Shown piece after piece: positions 44,317 to 53,207 of a stretch of DNA of 64,000 bases. How positions within the stretch are numbered: position 1 is the stretch's first letter; each line of letters begins with the position of its first letter. A program made the translations under genes and the position numbers. Below the pieces are notes generated by a model that saw nothing but the letters and a program-made list of their open reading frames with translations, was not told the DNA's origin and made no database searches. The DNA is from an uncultured delta proteobacterium (GTDB lineage: Bacteria; Desulfobacterota; Binatia; DP-6), in NCBI GenBank assembly GCA_963815115.1, contig CAWFFN010000008.1, positions 320,001 to 384,000 of the forward strand, in the 5' to 3' direction.

Positions 44317-46497
44317 GTGTTGAAACACGGAATTCTGGCCGGCGTTCTGGTGCTCGCCGCCCTGGCCCCCAAGGCACCCGCAGCCGTCGTCCCACCGCCG
44401 ATCACTTCTCCCTTCATCAACTTCGACGACATCCCCGGCGCGACAGACATCCTCTCGGTCCCCGGGCCGCTCACGACCGAGTACGCCTCCCGGGGCGTGA
44501 TCTTCTCCGGCTTCCCTGCCCAGAACGGCGGCGGCATCCTCGGCACCGGTGGGTTTGCCCCCCTGCCGGAGATCTCCCCGCCGAACTTCATCATCTTCCT
44601 GAGCGCCTTCCCGATGCAGAACGGCGGACTCGAGCAGACGCCGGAAACCCTGTCGTTCTACCCCCCGGTCACCGCGGTGCAGTTCGACATCGGGACCCTG
44701 GGTTTCATCTGCGCGGACGGGGACGTACCGACGACCAGTGTGGTGACCGCCCAGGGCTTCGGCGCAGGCGGCGTACCCGTTGGTAGCGTCACCCAGCCCG
44801 CGGTCATCGAGGGTTCGACGATCCTCCTCAACTTCTCGACCCCCGCCGAGCAGGTGCTCATCACCAGCACCCACACCTGCGGGCCCGCAGGATCGCTCTT
44901 CCACGGCGTCGAGCTCTTCACCATCGACAACCTCTCCTTCACGCCGGTCGCGGCGGCTGCGAGCAAGTGCGCCCAGAGTCAGATAGACGCCGCCGGCAAG
45001 AAGGCGAAGGCCGAAGCGGCCTGCTACGCCAAGGCCCTCCAGAAGGGCTTGCCGGTCGATGCGACCTGCATCCAGAAGGCCGTCGACGCCTTCAACAAGG
45101 GCTTCACCAAGGCCCAGGCGAAGGGCGACTGCCTGACCCCCGACACGGACGCGGCCTCGGTGGAGGCTGCCGTCGACTCCATGATCGCGTCCACCATCCA
45201 GACCGTCACCAATGGCGCACCGGGGCCGGACGCCTGCTTCGCCAAGAAGCTCACCGCGATCGGCAAGAAGGCGCAGGCCTTCGCGAACTGCTTCTCGAAG
45301 TCGGCCAAGTCGGGCGTGCAGCCCGATCCGACGTGTGGCCAGAAGGCGGCGTCGTCGTTCAACGGCTCGCTCAAGGCGTGCGGCACACCGACACAGCTGG
45401 GCCCGCTCGAAGGACAGATCGATTCCTTCGGCGTGGCGCTGTCACGCTCGGTGACCGTGCCGACGACCTCGACCACCACCACAACCACCAGCACCACCAC
45501 GACCACCCTGCCGCCGCCGCTCGGCCAGCATCTCTCATTCACCACCACGGCGGGGACGACCACCTGCGCGATTTCCGTGACGGGTGACCCGACGACGTCG
45601 ACGCCGCTCCCGCCGTTCTCGGGCGAGCTCGACTCCGACACCGTCGGCACCAAGATCACCGACCTCGGGCTCGGCTGCCTCTACATCGGCGGCGGTGCTG
45701 CGACGGTAGCTCCGTCGCTTATTCCGGAGAATGCCACCACGGTCCTCGATAGCCCCGACGGCACCACGCTCGCGGGCAGCCTGGGGACGGGCCGGGCGGA
45801 CTGCTCCGTCGGACCGCAGGGTTCGACCAAGCACTGCATCAACAACCCGGGCTTCGAGTGCACCACCGACGGCGATTGCTTCGCCCCGGGCGCCTGCCAG
45901 CTCGACCCGACCTGCTACTTCGGACCGCCGGTTCTCGTGAACGGCTTCCCCTCGAGCTGCGTGGTCAACGCCTTCGCGCAGAGTGCGAGCGGGACGCTCA
46001 ACACGGCCACGGGCGAGTCGACGGTCGACATCGAGCTCTCGTCGTTCGTGTACCTGACCCTCGGCAAGGCCACCGTCTGCCCGATCTGCGACGGCGGATT
46101 CTGCAACTACGGCGCCAACGTCGGTCAGGCCTGCACGACCACCAACAGCACGCAGACGACACTCGACTGCATGCCGGATCCGGGGACCTTCGTGGCCACC
46201 CTCCCGATCAGCCTCAATCCGCTGACCTCGTCCACGATCACGGCGACGGCGGCGGACGGGCTCTTCTGCACGGCGCAGGGACACGCGGGGGCCTTCGGCC
46301 AGGCGGCAACGCAGGCGATCACCCAGAACGGATTGCCGGCGGGTGACCTGACCGACGGGGCACCCCACCCCGGGGTGCTCGTGAGCAACTTCTGCATCCC
46401 GCCGACCGGCAGCCTGGCGCTCGATGGGATCGCCGATCTGCCGGGCCCGGGCTCGCTCAGCCTGCCCGGCAACGCGCAGTTCTTTGCCATTCCGTAA
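44317..46497 (+). CDS. Secreted modular Cys-rich protein, paralog C (726 aa)
   Basis: GAAGGAG RBS, GTG/TTG start, collinear with A and B. Confidence 0.9.
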   Translation: MLKHGILAGVLVLAALAPKAPAAVVPPPITSPFINFDDIPGATDILSVPGPLTTEYASRGVIFSGFPAQNGGGILGTGGFAPLPEISPPNFIIFLSAFPMQNGGLEQTPETLSFYPPVTAVQFDIGTLGFICADGDVPTTSVVTAQGFGAGGVPVGSVTQPAVIEGSTILLNFSTPAEQVLITSTHTCGPAGSLFHGVELFTIDNLSFTPVAAAASKCAQSQIDAAGKKAKAEAACYAKALQKGLPVDATCIQKAVDAFNKGFTKAQAKGDCLTPDTDAASVEAAVDSMIASTIQTVTNGAPGPDACFAKKLTAIGKKAQAFANCFSKSAKSGVQPDPTCGQKAASSFNGSLKACGTPTQLGPLEGQIDSFGVALSRSVTVPTTSTTTTTTSTTTTTLPPPLGQHLSFTTTAGTTTCAISVTGDPTTSTPLPPFSGELDSDTVGTKITDLGLGCLYIGGGAATVAPSLIPENATTVLDSPDGTTLAGSLGTGRADCSVGPQGSTKHCINNPGFECTTDGDCFAPGACQLDPTCYFGPPVLVNGFPSSCVVNAFAQSASGTLNTATGESTVDIELSSFVYLTLGKATVCPICDGGFCNYGANVGQACTTTNSTQTTLDCMPDPGTFVATLPISLNPLTSSTITATAADGLFCTAQGHAGAFGQAATQAITQNGLPAGDLTDGAPHPGVLVSNFCIPPTGSLALDGIADLPGPGSLSLPGNAQFFAIP

Positions 46498-46514
46498 CTT
46501 CGAGTAGTACGAGC

Positions 46515-46547
46515 TCCTGGCGCCGGCTCTCCTGGCCGGCGCCGGGA
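46515..46547 (+). repeat. Conserved intergenic GC hairpin, copy 3
   Basis: TCCTGGCGCCGGCT-CTCCT-GGCCGGCGCCGGGA; both substitutions remain G-U pairable. Confidence 0.8.
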
Positions 46548-46763
46548 CCCTTCCTCACCGCCGCGTCTGTGCAGCCTGAAACGGGTGCCGGTACCCCTCC
46601 CAAGAGCACCGAAGCCCGCCAGTAGTGGTGGAGGAAAGGGGGCGGGGTAGCGGCCGCTTCGAGATCGAGGCGGCCGCTACTGCCCCGTCTTCGAGTTGGT
46701 GTACGGCGTGCTCGTGGCGCATCCGCGGTTGCGCGCGGACCACGGAGCCCCTACCTACCTCTC

Positions 46764-47285
46764 ATGCGCCGGCTCTGCGTGGCGTTCGGGATCGCCGTGG
46801 CGCTCGCGAGCGGCGCGCGCGCCGAGTTCGTCGCCCACGCGAAGGACTTCAAGTGTCTGAAGGCGTTCACACCCATCCCGGGAAAGAGCTTCGTGGTCTA
46901 CAACCGCAACCCGAGCAGGCTGCTGCGGGCGGTCCGCATCGCCACGGAAGATCTCGAGCACAGGAAGTATCCCATCGGGACCATCATCCAGGTCTTCCCC
47001 TTCGAGGCGATGGTGAAGCGCGGTGGCGGCTTCAATCCCTCGGGGGGCGGATGGGAGTTCTTCAACCTGAAGGTGACGCCGGATGGAACGCGGATCGTGG
47101 GCCGCACCCAGAACGAGAAGGACGGGAAGCCGCTGCGGAACTTCTTCGGCGCGTGTCAGGACTTTCGCTGCCACGGCGCCAACCAGGTGCGGCCGTACGA
47201 TCGTATCTGCGAGGGCCATCTGCCCCCCCTCTCGCTCACCGAGGCCGAGTTCGAGGCGCTCCGCGCCGATCCGCGCTGTCCCTAG
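46764..47285 (+). CDS. Secreted protein, cytochrome P460-like by motif, with atypical CX4CH
   Basis: Signal peptide; YPIGTIIQ, AMVKR.GGF...GGWEFF, CQDFRCH. Confidence 0.55.
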   Translation: MRRLCVAFGIAVALASGARAEFVAHAKDFKCLKAFTPIPGKSFVVYNRNPSRLLRAVRIATEDLEHRKYPIGTIIQVFPFEAMVKRGGGFNPSGGGWEFFNLKVTPDGTRIVGRTQNEKDGKPLRNFFGACQDFRCHGANQVRPYDRICEGHLPPLSLTEAEFEALRADPRCP

Positions 47286-47369
47286 ACCGCGCCGCCGACC
47301 GTCCAGAACTGCGCTGCGACCCGCTGCTCGAGAGCTGAAGGAATCTCCAAGCCAAAAGGAGGACTGTCC

Positions 47370-47879
47370 ATGAACCGAACACGCCGTACGGTTGGATTCG
47401 TAGCCTTGGGCTTCATCGCGGCCACGCCGGCAGCGGCGGGAATCGCGGACAGCCCCGTGCCTCTGTTGATGGGGCAGAAGGCACAGGTTCTCTACTCGCT
47501 GACGGGGGTCATCAACGCGGGCAGTCTGGGCACGTACGTCTCCTGCACCTCCACGGCAAAGACGCCGAGCATCGTCGCCGTCGAGGTATTCCAGAATTCG
47601 GGCGGTGCGGCGTTCAATGACGCCTCGGCGACATCGTTGAGCGTTGCCCCTGGCGCTACCGTGATCTTCGGGACTGAAAACGCGGCGGGGTTTGCTGAGG
47701 ATTCATTCCTCTTCGACCCCCTCTCGCCGCCCGCAATCACCAAGGGCTCGGCCCGCATCCTGTCCACGTCCAAGTCCCTCATCTGTGATGCCTTCGTGTC
47801 GGATGCCGTGAACACGCCTCCGCTGTCGATGAGGTACCTCACGATCATCGCGAAGACGAAGCAGAAGGCGGCGAACTGA
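47370..47879 (+). CDS. Secreted hypothetical protein
   Basis: GGAGGA RBS, signal peptide ending AAA, beta-rich with two Cys. Confidence 0.75.
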   Translation: MNRTRRTVGFVALGFIAATPAAAGIADSPVPLLMGQKAQVLYSLTGVINAGSLGTYVSCTSTAKTPSIVAVEVFQNSGGAAFNDASATSLSVAPGATVIFGTENAAGFAEDSFLFDPLSPPAITKGSARILSTSKSLICDAFVSDAVNTPPLSMRYLTIIAKTKQKAAN

Positions 47880-47981
47880 TCACGCCGCACGTGCCGGACG
47901 GGACCGTCCGGCGCCAGCTCCTCCGGAACGTAGCCACGCGAGAGATCGCCCTCGCGTCCTCCTCGTACGCAGTTGGCGTGC

Positions 47982-49256
47982 TCAGGGTCGCACCGTGAAC
48001 GTCCCCGGCAGCGTCACCGCGCCCGGCCCCGGCAGGTCGGCCGCGAAGTTCACCAGCCCGTTCGACGTGCTCGCGATGCAGAAGATGGCCGCGAGCCGCG
48101 CGGATGCTGGCGTCCCGATCATGATCGGCCCGGCCGCGGCCCCCGTCTCCTGAATCCCGCGGCAGGCTGGAACCCCGAAGCAACCCGGCGTCCCCGGCGT
48201 GCCGCCCTGGTGCGGGCAGAAGTTCCCGTCGAGGGTTGTCATGGAGACGGCGCCCGTCGAGAGCGGCGTCAGATTCACTCCGATGATGCCGACGTGCGCG
48301 CCATCGATGCAGCTGTCATGTCCCTGCGTTCCGGCCTGGCAGTCCTTCGGCGGCGCCCCGGCGCCTCCGCTGAGGCAGTCCCTGGTCAGCCCATTCGAGT
48401 TGGCCGACGCGCAGGCCATCCCCGCTCGAGGGCCACGGTCGCACGCGCCAGTCACGCAGCGTGGACACGGCTGGCCGGCGTTTCCGGTGATGTAGATATC
48501 CGAGCTCAGCGGGACCGAGGTGCTCGAGGTGCCGTCGTCCAGGTTCACGGACCCGGTCGCATCCGTGGCCCAGGTGTTCAGCACGCATGTCGTCAGGTTC
48601 GGCAGGGCCGGGTTCGGAATCGGCAGCGGCGTTCCGAAATTGCAGCCCGTCACCGTGCAATCAGGGTCGGCGCTGACCGGCGCGGGCGGGGTCGGATAGG
48701 GCGAGATGGAGCAGACCCCGCCGCTCGGCTGCGCGCAGCTGAGCTCGAACCGGCTCGTCGAACCGTCCGGCGTCGGTCCTTCGGCGACGGTCGACGCCCC
48801 GCCCCCGATGTTCAGCCCGCCGCAGGTCAGGTCCTTGAGCGGCGCCCCATTCGCGTCCTGGACCTCGCCGCACTTCTCACCCGGCAGGCCGTTCGTGAAG
48901 TCCATGACGTAGTGCTGGCACCCAGCCTCGGGGCAGATCGTGGGCGGCATCATGGGCGGGGTGATGGTCGGGCCCATGGAAGTCGTGGTCGTGGTCGTCG
49001 TCGTGGTGGTCGTCACGCACACGGTGCTCCCGTGACGACACTTCCGAATGAGCACGGCGCGGCGGCACTTTGCCTTGACCTTCGCGCGGCCGTTCTTCCT
49101 GATGACGATGCACTCGGACGGCGCCGTGCGATCGAGGAGCTCGAGAAAGGCCGCGCAGTTCGCGCGGCATTGCGCCTTCGACAGGGGGGCGGCATGCGCG
49201 GGAACGGCCAGGGACAGGGCCAGCAGCAGAGCGAGCAGCGCGAGAAGGCGTGTCAT
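47982..49256 (-). CDS. Secreted Cys-rich protein sharing the ADLPGPG-ending C-domain with paralogs A-C
   Basis: Signal peptide, basic Cys-rich N-domain, poly-Thr linker, GGLNIGGG, CNFG.P, CVLNT, FCI...ADLPGPGAVTLPG. Confidence 0.85.
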   Translation of the reverse strand: MTRLLALLALLLALSLAVPAHAAPLSKAQCRANCAAFLELLDRTAPSECIVIRKNGRAKVKAKCRRAVLIRKCRHGSTVCVTTTTTTTTTTTSMGPTITPPMMPPTICPEAGCQHYVMDFTNGLPGEKCGEVQDANGAPLKDLTCGGLNIGGGASTVAEGPTPDGSTSRFELSCAQPSGGVCSISPYPTPPAPVSADPDCTVTGCNFGTPLPIPNPALPNLTTCVLNTWATDATGSVNLDDGTSSTSVPLSSDIYITGNAGQPCPRCVTGACDRGPRAGMACASANSNGLTRDCLSGGAGAPPKDCQAGTQGHDSCIDGAHVGIIGVNLTPLSTGAVSMTTLDGNFCPHQGGTPGTPGCFGVPACRGIQETGAAAGPIMIGTPASARLAAIFCIASTSNGLVNFAADLPGPGAVTLPGTFTVRP

Positions 49257-49585
49257 GGTAATCCCCCTTCACCGAGTCTCGTCGAGCAGGAACGCCGAGT
49301 GGCTTTCCTCCATGTCGAGGTGCAGCGTCTGGAGATTCGGGAACATGTTCTCATACTGGAGAGCCGTATCCCAGCCATCAACGATATTCGCGCTGGTTAG
49401 GTTCACAGATTGCACCCTAGGGAAGATCAGATCGCGTCTGGGGGCGCATCCGCCGCGAAGTGCCAGCAGGGTGTGAAGAACGCGCGATCGTCTCGACTTC
49501 TGCACGCCGCGGATCTACAACGGCGTGCAGGAGGGCGGGCCACACGGCCCGGACCGAGCATGCTCGGAGAGCTATCGAGAGGCGT

Positions 49586-49650
49586 ATGGCGTCCGACGAC
49601 GCGCCGTGGGTCACCGGCACGGTCCTGCGCGTCGACCGCGGCGCGGGTAT
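49586..49650 (+). pseudogene. Possible C-terminal remnant of an SDR oxidoreductase
   Basis: MASDDAPWVTGTVLRVDRG resembles the SDR C-terminal LASD.A.YVTG..L.VDGG motif; no upstream Rossmann part visible. Confidence 0.5.
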
Positions 49651-49720
49651 GGAGCCACGGCGGACGCCGGTGGCCTCCACCACTCGCCGCGGAGACGCAT
49701 GATGTCGCGCGGAGGAGCGG

Positions 49721-50149
49721 ATGAACCCGACGACGCCTGAGGACCGACCGGCCGACACCTCGGCGCGGCACGCCAACGAGGCCGCGATCCGGAGGTACTG
49801 CGAGGCGTGGCGTCAGGGCGACCTCGCCACGATCCTCGACTGCTACCACGACGACTTCGTCCTCCACTACTTCGGCCGCAGTTCGCTCGCCGGCACGCAC
49901 CGGGGCAAGGCGGCCGCCCTCGCAGCGCTCGCCCGAGTTCAGCAGCTGACCAATCGTCAGCTGCTCGAGATCCACGACGTCCTCGTCGGCGACGACCACG
50001 CAGCCATCCTGGCGCGCGAGCGGTTCGAGCGCGACGGGCAGCAGCTCGAGGCCAGGCGGGTGCTGGTCTACCACATCCGCGACGGCAAGCTGGCGGAGAG
50101 CTGGATATACGACGAGGACCAGCGGGCCGTCGACGAGTTCTGGTCGTGA
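49721..50149 (+). CDS. NTF2/SnoaL-like family protein
   Basis: AW..GD....[24 protein letters not shown]. Confidence 0.85.
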   Translation: MNPTTPEDRPADTSARHANEAAIRRYCEAWRQGDLATILDCYHDDFVLHYFGRSSLAGTHRGKAAALAALARVQQLTNRQLLEIHDVLVGDDHAAILARERFERDGQQLEARRVLVYHIRDGKLAESWIYDEDQRAVDEFWS

Positions 50150-50225
50150 CCGCGGACGCCGCGGGCCGCGCAGCCAGGTGACCGATGTCCCGGCGGCCGA
50201 CGCCATCGACCATGGGAGGATCGCA

Positions 50226-50954
50226 ATGAAGAGCAATGTCACCCAGATCGCCCCCCACCTCTATCGCATCTCGACGTTCCACCCCGACTTCGGCCTGCAG
50301 TTCAACCAGTTCCTCGTCGACGACGACGAGCCCTTCCTGATGCACACCGCCCTCCGGAAGATGTTCCCGGTCACCCTCGCGGGCGTGTCCTCCGTACTCG
50401 ACCCGTCCAAGGTGCGCTGGATCGGATTCAGCCACTTCGAGTCCGACGAGTGCGGCGCCCTGAACGAGTGGCTGCGCGTGGCACCCCGCGCCCAGGCGGC
50501 GTGCAGCTTCGTCGGCGCGAACGTGATGGTGAACGACTTCGCCGACCGTCCCGCGCGCCCGCTCGCCGACAACGAGGTGCTGGAGATCGGCCGCCACCGC
50601 ATGCGATTTCTCTCGACTCCGCACGTTCCGCACTGCTGGGATGCCGGCATGTTCTTCGAGGCAGTGGATGGCACGCTGCTGTGCTCGGACCTCTTCTTCC
50701 ACCCGGGCGACGTAGAGGCCCTGACCGAAGCCGACATCGTCCCGCGCGCGCGCGAAGCCATCGTGAAGGGTCAGGCCGGTCCGATGGCGAAGGACATGCC
50801 CTATACCCCGTACACCGACGGCACGCTGCGCAGGCTCGCGGCGTTGACACCGCGCACGATCGCGCTGATGCACGGCTCGACGTTCCGCGGAGACGGCGAG
50901 CGAGCGCTGCTCGATCTGGCTGCGGTGATCCGGGAGACGCTCGGCGCGCCGTAG
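50226..50954 (+). CDS. Metallo-beta-lactamase-fold (FprA/ODP-like di-iron) protein
   Basis: [30 protein letters not shown]. Confidence 0.82.
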   Translation: MKSNVTQIAPHLYRISTFHPDFGLQFNQFLVDDDEPFLMHTALRKMFPVTLAGVSSVLDPSKVRWIGFSHFESDECGALNEWLRVAPRAQAACSFVGANVMVNDFADRPARPLADNEVLEIGRHRMRFLSTPHVPHCWDAGMFFEAVDGTLLCSDLFFHPGDVEALTEADIVPRAREAIVKGQAGPMAKDMPYTPYTDGTLRRLAALTPRTIALMHGSTFRGDGERALLDLAAVIRETLGAP

Positions 50955-51484
50955 GTACCCAAGCGGATTGAGGACCGGCGACGCCGCACCCGTTCGGCGC
51001 GTCTCCGCGCGCGAAATCGAGGTACGTGAAGGAGGTTCACGAGCTCTACTGAGGCCTCCCCTTCCTCGAGATGGCCGCTCCGGGCTAGGTTTGCGCATGA
51101 GGGTGTCACGCGCCCTGCGCTCGATGGTCCTGGCCTTACCCCTCGTCGGGACGCGCGGCCTCCAGGACTCGTTCGCGGTGGTGCCCGGCATTCGCCAGGT
51201 GAGCAAAGCCCGCCTGCACGAGCTCGTCGATCAGACCTCGCAGGCCGTCGTTGAGCGACTCACCATCGCACTCGAGATCTATCTCGGCGACTGACCCGAG
51301 GGGGGTCAATCCGCCGGAGCGCCGGTGGGCGGCTCGGCCGCGCCGCGCCGGCTGATCCGGTTGCCCTCCGAGCCGTCGGCGAGGCAGTGCCGGGTCGCGC
51401 TTCCCTGCGCTCGACGCATGACCCCGGTTGCGCTAGGCAGACGGACCCGGCCCGACGGCCCCAGGGCGCGGGCGGTCGATCCCG

Positions 51485-52444
51485 ATGGCGGCGAGCGAGC
51501 GAACTCGACGAAGGCGCGAATGGACAAGCCGCCTGATCCTGCTCCTTGCCGGCACCATGACGGGGTTCCTCTTGCTCGAGGGCGCGCTATCCGCCGCTGC
51601 GCTCATCGTCCGCGTGACGGGACGAGCCTCCCCGGTGAGGTTCACGACCGAAAACCTGCGGGTCCTCAGCACGGGCGATTCGAACACATACGGCCTCTGG
51701 GTCTCTGACCAGAAAGCCTACCCCGCCGCGTTCCAGCGCCTGTGGAACGCGCGCCACCCGGACCGGCCGGTCGAGGTCGTGAACGTCGGCTTCCCCGCCA
51801 ACAACTCGTCGGGCCTGCGTAACGTGCTGCCACGCTTCCTCGAGATCGCCAAGCCCAGCGTCGTGACCATCATGATCGGGGGCAACGACTTCTGGACGGA
51901 ATCGCATGCGGTGGTCCAGGATGCCGACGCGTCGGGACCGGACGCGGGGGCGAGCTGGCTCTGGCGCCATTGTCGGGTCTACCGGTTGCTCTTCATGCTC
52001 CGACGCTCCCCGGAGGCGACGCTGGAGGATACTCGCCCGGCGGACGGGTTTTTCCACTTCCGGACGTCCGAGGGTCCCGTCCAGATCGGCGAGGTGGAGG
52101 CAAAGCGCACGACGCCGATTGGCATCCCGCAGCTGGCGGATGACGCCCGGACGAATCTTCTTGCCATCGCCGAGATCGCCCGCCGTCACCACGCCGAACC
52201 CGTCTTCCTCACCTACCCGGCCGACATCAATGTGTACGGGATGGCGAATCGATGGATGCGGGACGCCGCCGCGGCGAGCGGGGCTCGGCTCATCGACCTA
52301 GGCGCGGCGTTCGGACCGCGGTGCTCCGAGAACACCTGCACCGATCTGCTGTTCCCCGACGGGCATCCCACTGCGCGCGGCCACGAGTTCGCCGCCGAGA
52401 CCATGGCCGAGCACTGGGACGAGCCGTCGCCCGTGACGCAGTAG
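51485..52444 (+). CDS. Membrane-anchored SGNH/GDSL hydrolase
   Basis: N-terminal TM helix, GDSNTYG, VVNVG, GGND, DGHP. Confidence 0.85.
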   Translation: MAASERTRRRREWTSRLILLLAGTMTGFLLLEGALSAAALIVRVTGRASPVRFTTENLRVLSTGDSNTYGLWVSDQKAYPAAFQRLWNARHPDRPVEVVNVGFPANNSSGLRNVLPRFLEIAKPSVVTIMIGGNDFWTESHAVVQDADASGPDAGASWLWRHCRVYRLLFMLRRSPEATLEDTRPADGFFHFRTSEGPVQIGEVEAKRTTPIGIPQLADDARTNLLAIAEIARRHHAEPVFLTYPADINVYGMANRWMRDAAAASGARLIDLGAAFGPRCSENTCTDLLFPDGHPTARGHEFAAETMAEHWDEPSPVTQ

Positions 52445-52765
52445 GCTCCCGAGCTCGCGCGTCACGGGCCATGAGGTTCGAACCGATCACCCGCCGGCAT
52501 ACTCGAAGCTGGTCCCGTCTGGCGCGGCGCTAGCCGGCGAGCGCCAGCGCGAACGCGCTTCACGGCCACCCTCATAGAGCAGGTGCAGAGGATACGAGTG
52601 CGAATGGTGACAACGAGCCGGGCGACCTCGACATCGCTGGGCGCCCAGGCGGGATGGACCCCCGAGACTGCCGCGGAGGCGCACGCGTGAGCGCGGTTTG
52701 CAAGCAGATTGCAAGCGGCCGGCTACCAAGCTGGCAACCGGCCGCCCAACTGCCTGATCCGCCTG

Positions 52766-52808
52766 ATGGGCCGCGCAGGGATCGAACCTGCGACCCGCTG
52801 ATTAAGAG
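52766..52808 (-). repeat. att direct repeat 1: 3' half of tRNA-Lys(CTT)
   Basis: Reverse complement CTCTTAATCAGCGGGTCGCAGGTTCGATCCCTGCGCGGCCCAT; D-arm and 5' acceptor strand absent; identical to 56587-56629. Confidence 0.92.
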
Positions 52809-52915
52809 TCACGCCGCATGGTCACTCACGGACGCTACTGGACGCTAACTGCCCGTCGAATCTCACTTCGACCAGGTGGCGAGTGACCAGTGGCGTCCGC
52901 CACGTCCCACCAGGT

Positions 52916-52934
52916 TGTGACCAACCTGTGACCA
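52916..52934 (+). promoter_or_regulatory. Candidate integrase arm-type doublet TGTGACCA-N3-TGTGACCA (left end of element 1)
   Basis: Same doublet and spacing at 56519-56537. Confidence 0.7.
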
Positions 52935-53207
52935 CGGCCCTTAAGGATGCGGGCATAAGAGCGGCGGCGCGTCGCGAGCTGGCCACTATCTCCCCATATT
53001 GACGCTTCCAGCGGCATGGACTTTCGCCTCGTATGGCAATGCGACCACCATTCTGTCGGCGTGGCATTGTGCCCCGTGCTGGCAACGCTGCGGGGATTCG
53101 CCACGACCACCTGGTGGGCATCATTGACAGCCAGACCAATCGCGACAGAAAGGTCTTGCCAGATCGTCCCCAGAACGGCTATGGATATCCCCATGAGCGA
53201 AACACGC

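Noticed and set aside
39837-46497. Diversity-generating retroelement acting on the near-identical 3' ends of the paralogs
   Set aside because: No reverse transcriptase in the window, all copies are full genes, and differences do not appear adenine-specific.
42026-46547. CRISPR-like repeats (three palindromic ~32-bp copies)
   Set aside because: Spacing is about 2.2 kb with whole genes between copies and there are no cas genes; they are part of the gene triplication.
39837-49256. Multiheme cytochromes or RiPP precursors among the Cys-rich proteins
   Set aside because: No CxxCH motifs in paralogs A-C or 47982-49256 and no modifying enzymes nearby; Cys spacing fits disulfides in secreted proteins.
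50968-51480. Short ORFs between the MBL-fold and SGNH genes
   Set aside because: No RBS, motif or codon signal that I can support; left unannotated.
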